Origin: Gammaproteobacteria bacterium
GTDB taxonomy: Bacteria > Pseudomonadota > Gammaproteobacteria > Magnimaribacterales > D2472
Length of the DNA: 55,296 nucleotides
Assembly (NCBI GenBank): GCA_023257795.1
Contig: JALRBL010000016.1
Span: 1-55,296 of the forward strand
Reading direction: 5' to 3'
Shown: positions 10,097 to 19,366 of the stretch, piece after piece
How the letters are laid out: each line of letters starts with the position of its first letter
How positions within the stretch are numbered: the first letter of the stretch is position 1
The notes under the pieces: model-generated
The model's input: the letters and a program-made list of their open reading frames with translations, nothing else
Told to the model about the DNA's origin: nothing
Database searches by the model: none
Position numbers and translations under genes: made by a program

Positions 10097-10642
10097 TTAA
10101 TCCTCTTTTTCAGTTTCTTGTGATGAATGTTCTTCATCATTATCAATTTCATCGAATTGAGCGCTTTCCTCTAAATCATCTTTAGTTGAAGATTGATCAT
10201 TTTTTGGGCTCTGAAAAGCATCAGCAGCATCATCCCTAACTGCGGATTTTTTTGCTTGAGCCTCAAGAGCATCTTGCTTGGCTTTATTAGCAAGTTTAGC
10301 CTCAGCTCTTTTGTTTGCCTCAACAGTGTCTTGAGTAAGAAATGAATTAGAGAGAGAGTGAGAATCAACTCTTTGTAAAAGATACCTTAACAAAGAGTTA
10401 TCGTACTTGAGCTTATTTTCTAAATCGCTAACTGAAGATGGCGATCCAATAAGCTGATAAATTATGTACAAGCCTTTATTATTTTTTTGGATTGGGTATG
10501 CCAGAAAACGTTTGCCAATATTTTCAACATGAGCAATTTGAAAACCCATTTCGGATAGTGATTTATCGAAGCTTTCTTTAAATATATCGAATCTTGATTC
10601 TAGATCTTGTTTAACAATTAATGTTAATTCGTAGTTATTCAT
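10097..10642 (-). CDS. rpsF: 30S ribosomal protein S6 with long acidic C-terminal extension
   Basis: MNNYELTLIV... is an S6 core followed by a ~50-aa Asp/Glu/Lys-rich tail. I prefer the second ATG (10642) because the AAGGA SD lies 5 nt upstream of it. Confidence 0.9.
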   Translation of the reverse strand: MNNYELTLIVKQDLESRFDIFKESFDKSLSEMGFQIAHVENIGKRFLAYPIQKNNKGLYIIYQLIGSPSSVSDLENKLKYDNSLLRYLLQRVDSHSLSNSFLTQDTVEANKRAEAKLANKAKQDALEAQAKKSAVRDDAADAFQSPKNDQSSTKDDLEESAQFDEIDNDEEHSSQETEKED

Positions 10643-10648
10643 ATGCAT

Positions 10649-10681
10649 CCTTTTGGTTTATAGGCTGCCGTGCAACCAAGG
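10649..10681 (-). promoter_or_regulatory. Leader hairpin occluding the rpsF SD (possible S6:S18 autoregulatory leader)
   Basis: In the minus sense, CCUUGGUU-GCACGGCAGCCUAUA-AACCAAAAGG. The 3' arm contains the SD AAAGGA. Its position matches the known rpsF 5'-UTR motif, but no covariance model was run. Confidence 0.35.
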
Positions 10682-10688
10682 AGATGGC

Positions 10689-10716
10689 ATTATAAACAAT
10701 ATTTTTTGACTATCAA
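10689..10716 (-). promoter_or_regulatory. Putative sigma70 promoter of the rpsF-rpsR-rplI(-dnaB-alr) operon
   Basis: In the minus sense, TTGATA (10716..10711, overlapping the ftsA stop), a 16-nt spacer, then TATAAT (10694..10689). Chance matches are common in AT-rich DNA. Confidence 0.4.
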
Positions 10717-11945
10717 TAGTTGTTTCTTAGCCACCCAAAAGCTTTTTTAAGGAAAGATGTGTTTTGTTCCAGCGCATAACCTTGCTTAATTTGATCAAAG
10801 CCATAGCCCAATAGCCCCAAAGAGGTTGCATAGATAGGATTTTTCAGGATGGATTCCATGCCAGTGAAGTTTTCTGGATTTCCAAGTCTTACGCTCGTCT
10901 GAAAAATAGATTCAGCTAGCTCCACTGCTCCTTCAATTTGGGAGGTACCGCCTGTTAAAACAATGCCTGCTGGAATTTTATTTTCAAAACCATTACGTTC
11001 AATTTCAGCTTTTACTAACTCGAAAAGTTCCACATATCTTGGCTCAATAATTTCAGCAAGCGTTCTTCTAGATAGATCTCTAGGTGGCCTACCCCCCACG
11101 CCAGGAACAACTATATTTTCATCATCTTTGGTAAAGTCAGAGACAGCGCATCCATATTTTTGTTTAATTTCCTCCGCTTGAGGTGTTGGTGTTCTTAAAG
11201 CAACTGCGATATCACTTGTAACTTGATCTCCCGCGATTGGAATAACTCCAGTGAAGGTAATAGAGCCATTATTAAATATTGCTATATCTGTCGTGCCTCC
11301 TCCAATATCAACGATACAAACTCCAAGCTCTTTCTCATCATTGGATAAAACAGAGTATGAACTTGCCAACTGCTCCAATACAAAGCCATCAATATTAAGC
11401 CCACTTCGCTTCACGCACTTTTCAATATTTTGTATAGCATTATCAGCACAAGTTACAAGGTGAACATGGGATTCTAATCTAACCCCAGACATCCCCAAAG
11501 GTTCTCTTATTGAATCTTGATCATCAATAACAAACTCTTGAGGCAAAACGTGCAAAACCCTTTGATCAGATGGGATTGCTACCGCCTGTGCTGCTTCAAT
11601 TACCCTATCAATATCTTGAGGGGTAACTTCTTTATCTTTAATTCCAACAATACCATGAGAATTTAAACTTCTGATATGGTTGCCAGCAACTCCGACATAT
11701 ACGTTCTTTAATTTGCCATCAAACGAAGTCAAAGCTTGTTCGACAGATTTTTGAATAGCATCAGTCGTTGCATCAATATTAACAACCACTCCTTTCTTTA
11801 AACCACTGGATGGATAGCTACCCATGGAAACAACTTCAATGGTGTGAGAGTCAATCGTTTTAGCGATAAGACAGACTATTTTTGAGGTTCCAATGTCAAG
11901 AGCTACCAAAACATCAGCATCATTTTTTGCATTATTACTTGCCAT
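10713..11945 (-). CDS. ftsA: Cell division protein FtsA
   Basis: 410 aa actin-like ATPase (ALDIGTSKI, VDIGGGTTD) with a C-terminal amphipathic helix (KKAFGWLRNNY). Confidence 0.95.
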   Translation of the reverse strand: MASNNAKNDADVLVALDIGTSKIVCLIAKTIDSHTIEVVSMGSYPSSGLKKGVVVNIDATTDAIQKSVEQALTSFDGKLKNVYVGVAGNHIRSLNSHGIVGIKDKEVTPQDIDRVIEAAQAVAIPSDQRVLHVLPQEFVIDDQDSIREPLGMSGVRLESHVHLVTCADNAIQNIEKCVKRSGLNIDGFVLEQLASSYSVLSNDEKELGVCIVDIGGGTTDIAIFNNGSITFTGVIPIAGDQVTSDIAVALRTPTPQAEEIKQKYGCAVSDFTKDDENIVVPGVGGRPPRDLSRRTLAEIIEPRYVELFELVKAEIERNGFENKIPAGIVLTGGTSQIEGAVELAESIFQTSVRLGNPENFTGMESILKNPIYATSLGLLGYGFDQIKQGYALEQNTSFLKKAFGWLRNNY

Positions 11946-12558
11946 GGCTTAGAGCGATTCCATTTATATTTCTAAGGTCAATGATACTAGGATTTAGGTT
12001 CATTCTGAATACATAATTTAAAGCTTCTTGATACTTTTGGATAACTTCTTCATTGATTTTGTTGCCTATTTTTATTACCGAACGATCTGAGGATATTTCC
12101 CAACCGCCACCATAAACAAATTTTATTTCTTGAAGTAAAAATTGATATTTTTTAGATATATCTAAAAATGATTCATGCCATAAAATCCATTCTGCAACCT
12201 TATCAAAAGGTGCGACTATTTTAGGAAGTAGCAAATCATTACCTGCAGCATGAAAAACTCTAAGATTATCATCTATAAGATAAATCTTTTCCCAATTGAG
12301 AATTGGTTTTCTTGATTGGATAACAAGCATGGTCGCATTTAAAGGATAATTTTTTACTAGATATTGTTTAATCCAATCCTGATTATCTAACAAGTCCCTC
12401 AGTTCACTGTTATTTGTAAGATTCAATGAGCTTAGATCTTTAATAAACTCAAGTTGAGAATTGAGATAAATTTCTTCATTAAAATTAATAATAATTTTAT
12501 CTTCAGCTCCACAAGCAAAGAGAATTAATAGGGACATAATTAAACATATGATCTTCAT
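11935..12558 (-). CDS. ftsQ: Cell division protein FtsQ (short, with signal-peptide/lipobox-like N-terminus)
   Basis: 207 aa between ddl and ftsA with POTRA/FtsQ-like C-terminal similarity (..IIDLRNINGIAL). The N-terminus is MKIICLIMSLLILFAC-G. Confidence 0.7.
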   Translation of the reverse strand: MKIICLIMSLLILFACGAEDKIIINFNEEIYLNSQLEFIKDLSSLNLTNNSELRDLLDNQDWIKQYLVKNYPLNATMLVIQSRKPILNWEKIYLIDDNLRVFHAAGNDLLLPKIVAPFDKVAEWILWHESFLDISKKYQFLLQEIKFVYGGGWEISSDRSVIKIGNKINEEVIQKYQEALNYVFRMNLNPSIIDLRNINGIALSHGK

Positions 12559-13448
12559 AAGTCTATAATTTTTTTTACCAATTCTTTAAAGGTGATGCCA
12601 GCAAGGGAAGCAGCTTTAGGGAAAAGACTATGGCTTGTCATTCCTGGGACAGTATTTATTTCAATTATGAAGAATGCTCCGTCTTGTCTTTGAAGAATAT
12701 CTACTCTTCCCCAACCACTGCAGCCAGTAATATTGAAAGCCATTTTAGCTAACTCCTTTATTTCGCTTGTTTGAGAGTCAGTTAAGTTAGCTTCAAAAAT
12801 TTTTGTCTTATCGCTTATATATTTAGCATGATAATCATAAAAAGAGTTGGGAGATTCAATTTCTAAGACAGGCAGGACTTCTTCTCCCAAGATTGCAACC
12901 GTCAATTCTTTATGTTTTATAGCTTCTTCAAGAATAAAGGAATTTGATGAGTTTTTGATAAGCTTTTTGGCAGATATAAAATCTTCAGAAGATGTTATCT
13001 CAAAAGTATCAAGACTTGAACCCTCGGCGACAGGCTTTAAAAAGAAATGATTGTTTTTAAAGTAGCCTTTAGGAAAAGCTAAACCCAAAATATCATCTGC
13101 AACTAAGCTCTTAGGAGTTGGTAAATTACTTTTAGCTAATAAATCCTTAAATCTTTTTTTATTCCAAGTATTTTGGCAACCTAGAGCCCTAGATCCGGTA
13201 AATTCAATGCCTAGGGTTTCAAGAGAACTTTGAAGGTTACCTGACTCTCCTTCAACACCATGCATAGCTATAAATACTTTTTCAAAAATTTTTAAATCTC
13301 CTAAGTCAACAACTTCACTAAAGTCAATTAACTTTGAGTTGATTCCATTATCAATCAATGAACCTTGAATATTATTTCCAGATTGGATAGATATTTCCTT
13401 TTCTGATGAAGATCCTCCGCTAATTACTGCTATGGATAAATTATTCAT
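12555..13448 (-). CDS. ddl: D-alanine--D-alanine ligase
   Basis: 297 aa ATP-grasp Ddl (IAMHGVEGESG, EINTVPGMTSHS). Confidence 0.93.
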   Translation of the reverse strand: MNNLSIAVISGGSSSEKEISIQSGNNIQGSLIDNGINSKLIDFSEVVDLGDLKIFEKVFIAMHGVEGESGNLQSSLETLGIEFTGSRALGCQNTWNKKRFKDLLAKSNLPTPKSLVADDILGLAFPKGYFKNNHFFLKPVAEGSSLDTFEITSSEDFISAKKLIKNSSNSFILEEAIKHKELTVAILGEEVLPVLEIESPNSFYDYHAKYISDKTKIFEANLTDSQTSEIKELAKMAFNITGCSGWGRVDILQRQDGAFFIIEINTVPGMTSHSLFPKAASLAGITFKELVKKIIDL

Positions 13449-14832
13449 ATTCTCTAATCAGTCTTGCTATATCAGAAATGGTTCCAGCACCTTGCACTAA
13501 AATTAGATCAGAGGATGAAGCTATCGAGGGCAGCAAATCCATTACTTCATTTTTTTTAATTTCATATGCATTGCCATTAAGCTTGTTAATCTCTTTTATA
13601 AGCTTTGTGGAAGTTATCCCTCTTATAGGCTTCTCTGAGGCTGGGTAAATTGGAAAAATATATACGGTGGAAATTTTTGCAAGCACGGCTGCGAATTCTT
13701 GAAATAATTGCTGAGTCCTTGAATATCTATGCGGTTCAAACAGCATACATATTTTCTTATTACCAAATTTTTGGTTGATAGCCTCTAAGGTTGCATTTAT
13801 CTCAGTGGGATGATGCCCATAGTCATCAATTAGAATTATTTTCTTATTTGTAATTTTTATAGCACTCTCTTCAAAACGGCGTGAAGCTCCCTTGTAGTCT
13901 GCAATTGCTGATTTAATTGAGTGCTTATCGATACCCTCTTCTAATGCAGTGATAGCTGCAAGAGAGGCATTCAAAGTATTGTGCTTACCAAATAGAGGCG
14001 TTTTAAGAGACAAGATAATCTTATTTTTATTAGTTTTGATTTTAAAAGATTGAAATTTTTGGTTTATCTTAAGATCACCAATCATGAAATCATTGGTTGA
14101 ATTATAGCCAACGCTAATAAATTTTCGTCCAGTTGTTTTCAAAATTTTTCTTAAGCTGCGGTCATCTCCATTAATAATTGCATATCCGTAAAAAGGCATA
14201 TTTGATAAAAAATATTTAAAGGCTTTATGCAAATTATTAATGTCATTTTTATAGAATGCTAAATGATCATTATCAACATTAGTCACTAAGGCAACATCTG
14301 GATGAAAATGAGAAAAAGAGCCATCGCTTTCATCTGCTTCGAAAATCATCGTATCCCCTTTTCCTAAATTAGAGCTTTTATCACCGCTAAGAATTTTTCC
14401 TCCAACAACGTATGTAGGATCTTTTTTTCCCTTTGTGAAAATTTCTGCAACTAGGCTGGTGGTAGTAGTTTTACCATGGCTTCCTGCAATAGCAATATTT
14501 CTATACCCGGTAATAATACTGCTTAACATTTGCGCTCTTGGTACAACAATTAAATTACGTGCTTTTGCTTCGATAAGCTCAGGATTGGTCCGTTTGATTG
14601 CTGAAGAATAGACAACAATTTGAGAGTGCTTAATTAAGTTTGGTTTATGGCCTTGCTGGATTTGTGCACCCTCTTTTTGAAGATTTTTGAGATCTTTTGT
14701 AATTAAAACATCGCTTCCAGAAACTTTGAATCCCTTTTTTAGGAGTATAGAGGCTATCCCTAACATCCCAGAGCCCCCAATACCAATCATATGGACTTTA
14801 TTGATTGCTCCTAGTTTTCTATTACTACCCAT
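13441..14832 (-). CDS. murC: UDP-N-acetylmuramate--L-alanine ligase
   Basis: 463 aa with GIGGSGM and AGSHGKTTTT motifs, in dcw order. Confidence 0.95.
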   Translation of the reverse strand: MGSNRKLGAINKVHMIGIGGSGMLGIASILLKKGFKVSGSDVLITKDLKNLQKEGAQIQQGHKPNLIKHSQIVVYSSAIKRTNPELIEAKARNLIVVPRAQMLSSIITGYRNIAIAGSHGKTTTTSLVAEIFTKGKKDPTYVVGGKILSGDKSSNLGKGDTMIFEADESDGSFSHFHPDVALVTNVDNDHLAFYKNDINNLHKAFKYFLSNMPFYGYAIINGDDRSLRKILKTTGRKFISVGYNSTNDFMIGDLKINQKFQSFKIKTNKNKIILSLKTPLFGKHNTLNASLAAITALEEGIDKHSIKSAIADYKGASRRFEESAIKITNKKIILIDDYGHHPTEINATLEAINQKFGNKKICMLFEPHRYSRTQQLFQEFAAVLAKISTVYIFPIYPASEKPIRGITSTKLIKEINKLNGNAYEIKKNEVMDLLPSIASSSDLILVQGAGTISDIARLIREYE

Positions 14833-15856
14833 GATTTAAGATTCTCTTTAACATTAGGTGCTCTGAAGGAACATCTTGCTCATTTGTATAGCATAAGTTC
14901 TTGAATTGCTTTTCGACAATCATGGCAACAAGAAACTTTTGGAGCTTGTTTATATCTTCGTTTTCTTGAAATAGGAAACCCATTCCAATCTTAGAAAAAT
15001 ACTTTGCATTGAAGAATTGATGATTATCAATTGCAGACGGAAGAGGAATTATGATGCCAGGTTTCCCTAAAGCAATAAGTTCAGAGAGAGTCAGTGCACC
15101 AGCTCGAGAAATAACAAAATCTGACCAGCTGATTTTTTCAAGTGGCTCTTCAATAAATTCTATAACTTCAGCATCAATGCTTCCTTGGTATCTAGCTTTT
15201 GTCTTATTTTTATAGCCATTGCCACACTGATGAACAACCTTGATTCTATCTGAAAAGTCAGCAAGCAAGCTTGGAATATTAGAATTTATAAAATCTGATC
15301 CAAGGCTTCCCCCAGTTACATAGATTTTGATTCTATCTAAGTTATTTAATTCCGTTTTTTTCATAAAATAACCAATTGGATTGCCAACAATTTCTGCTCT
15401 AGATATGGATTCATTAGCTAGAGGTAGCCCAAGAAAATTTAATTTTGCAAAAAAACTTAGTAACTTATTAGAAGTTCCTAAAACAGTATTTTGTTCATGA
15501 GTAAAAAGATTGATTCTAAAAATTATTGCTGCAATGCCAACTGGAATTGAAATATATCCTCCAAAAACGATTACAAAATCAGGTTTTTCTTTACAGAAAT
15601 AATATACACAAACTGCAGTAGAGAGAACCAAATTAACTAGAGATTTTATAGTGTAATAGAAGTTCTTTCCTCTAATGCCAGTTACTGAAAGAGAATGGAA
15701 TTTAGCGTTAATTTTTTCTGCGTAGCGTTTTTCAATTTCACGTCTTCCTCCAACCCATACAATCTCCATGCCCTGATCTTTGGCGTATTTAGCAAACCTA
15801 AAGGCAGGTAATACATGCCCTCCAGTTCCAGCTGCAGCTACACAAATCTTTTTCAT
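14825..15856 (-). CDS. murG: Lipid II-forming UDP-GlcNAc transferase MurG
   Basis: 343 aa with AAGTGGHVLPA, in dcw order. Confidence 0.93.
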   Translation of the reverse strand: MKKICVAAAGTGGHVLPAFRFAKYAKDQGMEIVWVGGRREIEKRYAEKINAKFHSLSVTGIRGKNFYYTIKSLVNLVLSTAVCVYYFCKEKPDFVIVFGGYISIPVGIAAIIFRINLFTHEQNTVLGTSNKLLSFFAKLNFLGLPLANESISRAEIVGNPIGYFMKKTELNNLDRIKIYVTGGSLGSDFINSNIPSLLADFSDRIKVVHQCGNGYKNKTKARYQGSIDAEVIEFIEEPLEKISWSDFVISRAGALTLSELIALGKPGIIIPLPSAIDNHQFFNAKYFSKIGMGFLFQENEDINKLQKFLVAMIVEKQFKNLCYTNEQDVPSEHLMLKRILNHG

Positions 15857-16957
15857 TTAAGTCTTATTATTATTTTCAAAACTTATTCTTAAAGTAATCC
15901 CTATCATGGTCATAAATGTTATGAGACTAGCTCCACCATAACTTATAAATGGTAAGGTAAGTCCTTTAGTTGGCAAAAGACCAATATTTACACCAATATT
16001 AAACATGGTTTGAATGGATATAAGAATCCCAACCCCAAAACAAAACAGACCCTGAAAATACCTTCCTAGCCCAAAACAATTGCTAGACTCCTTTAGCAAT
16101 GCATAAACTAATGCTCCAAAGATTATGATTAATATTATCCCTCCAACCATCCCAAGCTCCTCAACAATTATTGAAAAAATAAAATCTGTATGAGGTTCAG
16201 GAAGGTACAAATTTTTTTGTATGCTTGCTCCCAAGCCAACTCCAAATAGCTCTCCTCTTCCTGAGCCAATCAATGCGTTGGAGAGCTGCCAACCTGAATC
16301 CATAAATGTCTGAAAAGGGTCAATAAAGCTTGTTAACCTAGCAATTCTCCAGGGTGCCAAGAATATTGCCGAAGCTGCAAGACCGAGCATAGTAATCGTT
16401 AGCATGATGAACTGAAAAACAGAGATTCCTGCAAAAAACAATATTACGACCGCAATCAAACACAGTATTAAAGTGGTTCCTAAATCTGGTTGCGCCATCA
16501 CAAGAGTTGAAATAACAGATAATAAGATTAAGGGTCTTAAAAAGCCTGCGGTGCTTGCGAGCTCTTGATTTCTTCTTAAACAATATCCACAAACATATAT
16601 TATGAGTGCAAGCTTTGCTAGCTCTGATGGTTGTAGCTTAAAAAAAATAAGATTGATCCATCGTCTAGAACCATTTACTTCATAACCAATACCAGGAAGG
16701 AAAACAGTACATAGCAATAGGATAGAACCAATTAAAATTAGCCAATCAAACCTAGCATAGAAATCTGAGGGTATAAATGAAGTAATAATAATTGAGAGTA
16801 TTCCTAATAATATAAAAATAATATGCTTGTATCCAAAATAAAAAGGTTGGGTCGTAAGATTTTCTGCTACAAATACACTTGCAGAAAAAACCATTAAAAG
16901 CCCAAAACAAACTAATAAAAAAACGGGGAATGCTATAGATACATTTACTCTATCCAT
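15857..16957 (-). CDS. ftsW: Peptidoglycan glycosyltransferase FtsW (SEDS)
   Basis: 366 aa polytopic SEDS protein (PSELAKL, PTKGLTLPFISYGGAS). Confidence 0.93.
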   Translation of the reverse strand: MDRVNVSIAFPVFLLVCFGLLMVFSASVFVAENLTTQPFYFGYKHIIFILLGILSIIITSFIPSDFYARFDWLILIGSILLLCTVFLPGIGYEVNGSRRWINLIFFKLQPSELAKLALIIYVCGYCLRRNQELASTAGFLRPLILLSVISTLVMAQPDLGTTLILCLIAVVILFFAGISVFQFIMLTITMLGLAASAIFLAPWRIARLTSFIDPFQTFMDSGWQLSNALIGSGRGELFGVGLGASIQKNLYLPEPHTDFIFSIIVEELGMVGGIILIIIFGALVYALLKESSNCFGLGRYFQGLFCFGVGILISIQTMFNIGVNIGLLPTKGLTLPFISYGGASLITFMTMIGITLRISFENNNKT

Positions 16958-18282
16958 TAGATGAACCCAAATTTTTTTAAATGATTATTAAATGATTGCC
17001 CTCTATGAAGATAATCATCAAATTGATCTTTGCTGGAACAACCCGGACTAAAGAGGATTGTTGCCTTTTTAAGATTTTTTTTATGGATATCATCCAAGAC
17101 CTCAGAAATAGATGACTTTAATATTTTTTGATTATGACTGAGTTTTGAATAAATTAGTTGAGCATCTTTACCATAGATGTAACAAATTGACTGGGTATTT
17201 AGAGCAAGCTTTGATTCCTTAAATTCTAGCCCTTTTAAATCTCCCCCTAATATGAGAATCAATATTTCATGAATATTTGAAAATTCAGCCAAAGCCGCAT
17301 AAGTTGAATCAGGATTAGTAGACTTTGAATCATTAACTATGAGCAAATGATCTGATCTTACTATTTCCATTCTATATTTAAGAAACTGAAGAAAATCTAA
17401 ATGAATTGGCTTTTGATAGGTGATATTTCTTTCTGCTGTCATAATATTTACTGCTGCAAGAGCAAACATCACATTATCCATATTAATTTTTGAGAGCTTT
17501 CTGCTTGTTGTAGCAAGCAGACTCTCTCCAGAATTAAAGCGCGTTTCCAAACCTAAAACTTCATAGTGATAGTCTGTTGAATTCAACCCAACTGAAAAAG
17601 CTTTTTTAGATCTTATTGGATGGGTTTCTATACTATCTTTGTGATAGAGATAGATACCTTTTTTTTTAATTTTGTTCTCAATTGTCCTCTTAGCTTCAAG
17701 GTAATCATCAATACTTAAATGATTGTCTAAATGATCCTCTGAAAAATTTGTAAAAATACCAATATCAAGTCCTGAGTCTCTAGATATATTGTCGTATGAG
17801 GAGTCTTTTAATTGAAAACTTGAGAGCTCTACAATCAATACCAACCCAGCATCTTTTAAATGAATGCTATCGAGCATAGGCTCACCAAAATTTCCAATGA
17901 TTTTATTTGGGATATTCAATGAATCTAGTAGCTGACTTATAAGATAACAAACAGTGCTTTTTCCATTGGTACCAGTAACTCCTATCAAAAAATTACTGGA
18001 ATTATCTAAAAATAAATTTAATTCGCTCTTTATTTTGGATTCATCAACTATAAGCCTCGAACGATTAAAACCAGGAGAAAAATACAGCTCATCTGCCTCC
18101 TTAATAGCTTGATGGGTATTATCCATTCCAAGTTTTAAAGATATTAAAAATTTTGAATTGGTAAGGTCAAAAGTTATCCCTTCTCTGGTATCAACTATAA
18201 AATGAGGTATTTCCATGCTCTCCAGAATTTTATGTATTGAAATACCTGTCTTGGTTGCTCCTACAATGACGACCTTTTTCAA
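16957..18282 (-). CDS. murD: UDP-N-acetylmuramoylalanine--D-glutamate ligase
   Basis: 441 aa with GVTGTNGKST, in dcw order. Confidence 0.92.
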   Translation of the reverse strand: MKKVVIVGATKTGISIHKILESMEIPHFIVDTREGITFDLTNSKFLISLKLGMDNTHQAIKEADELYFSPGFNRSRLIVDESKIKSELNLFLDNSSNFLIGVTGTNGKSTVCYLISQLLDSLNIPNKIIGNFGEPMLDSIHLKDAGLVLIVELSSFQLKDSSYDNISRDSGLDIGIFTNFSEDHLDNHLSIDDYLEAKRTIENKIKKKGIYLYHKDSIETHPIRSKKAFSVGLNSTDYHYEVLGLETRFNSGESLLATTSRKLSKINMDNVMFALAAVNIMTAERNITYQKPIHLDFLQFLKYRMEIVRSDHLLIVNDSKSTNPDSTYAALAEFSNIHEILILILGGDLKGLEFKESKLALNTQSICYIYGKDAQLIYSKLSHNQKILKSSISEVLDDIHKKNLKKATILFSPGCSSKDQFDDYLHRGQSFNNHLKKFGFI

Positions 18283-18286
18283 GGCA

Positions 18287-19366
18287 TCACCTAATCTTAA
18301 GTGAAGCTAGAGCAAACAGTATTAACAGGAGCGTTATAATCCAAAATCTAACAATGATTTTAGGTTCTGGCCAACCTTTCAATTCAAAGTGATGATGAAT
18401 CGGAGCCATTAAAAAAACTCTTTTTCTTCGAGTCTTATAGGAAGCAACTTGAATGATTACACTTAGTGCCTCTAAAACAAAAACACCAGCCATTATTGCA
18501 AAAACGATTTCATGCCTTAGCATCACTGCTAAACAACCCAAAATAGCTCCAAGAGTTAAAGAGCCAACATCGCCCATAAAAACTTGAGCAGGATAAGAAT
18601 TAAACCAAAGAAAGCCTATACCAGCACCGATAACTGATCCACAAAAAACAATCAACTCGCCTGAGTCTTGAATATAAGGGATATACAAATATGCAGAGAT
18701 GATAGTATTTCCTGATGCATAAGCCACTATCCCAAGAGCCCCAGCAATTAAAATGACTGGTAAGATTGCAAGACCGTCAAGTCCATCTGTAAGATTAACT
18801 GCATTGGATGAACCTACGATCACAAACCAACTAAAGAAGATAAAAAAAATAGTGCTAATAGGAAAAATTAAATCCTTATAAAAGGGGAGCATGAAATATA
18901 TATCATTTCCATGATTCGCAATGTATATATAAATGGCAAATAATGCAGCCATACTCTGAAATATCAGTTTTTGAAAACCAGATAGGCCCTTTGAATTTTT
19001 GTATTTAATTTTTAAATAATCGTCGGAAAAACCAATTATGCCGAATGACAAGGTCACCCAAAGGAGTATCCAAATAAAGGAATTGCCTAAATCACTCCAA
19101 AGCAAATTTGATACGAGCAAGCTTATGATGATAATGATGCCTCCCATAGTGGGAGTGCCTGACTTAGATAGGTGAGTTTTTGGTCCATCTTCTCGTATAA
19201 TTTGAGAGAACTGAAATCTACTTAAGGCATTAATCAGAAACTCTCCAAAAAAAATAGAGATTAGCAATGCAGTGATTGTTCCAGCAACAGTTCTAAGTGT
19301 TAAATAATTTAAAACAGCAAAATTCTGATTATATTCAATTAAATAATTGCTTAAATATTCAATCAT
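18287..19366 (-). CDS. mraY: Phospho-N-acetylmuramoyl-pentapeptide transferase
   Basis: 359 aa polytopic protein with KSGTPTMGG, NAVNLTDGLDGLA and HHHFE motifs. Confidence 0.96.
   Translation of the reverse strand: MIEYLSNYLIEYNQNFAVLNYLTLRTVAGTITALLISIFFGEFLINALSRFQFSQIIREDGPKTHLSKSGTPTMGGIIIIISLLVSNLLWSDLGNSFIWILLWVTLSFGIIGFSDDYLKIKYKNSKGLSGFQKLIFQSMAALFAIYIYIANHGNDIYFMLPFYKDLIFPISTIFFIFFSWFVIVGSSNAVNLTDGLDGLAILPVILIAGALGIVAYASGNTIISAYLYIPYIQDSGELIVFCGSVIGAGIGFLWFNSYPAQVFMGDVGSLTLGAILGCLAVMLRHEIVFAIMAGVFVLEALSVIIQVASYKTRRKRVFLMAPIHHHFELKGWPEPKIIVRFWIITLLLILFALASLKIR

Noticed and set aside
10171-10368. 65-aa same-strand out-of-frame ORF within the rpsF tail; similar short ORFs occur at 16338..16592, 30926..31198, 45557..45784, 46567..46773, 50683..50892 and 51840..52028
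   Set aside because: They are alternative-frame ORFs embedded in well-supported genes, with no SD or start context or motif support. Such ORFs are expected by chance at this base composition.
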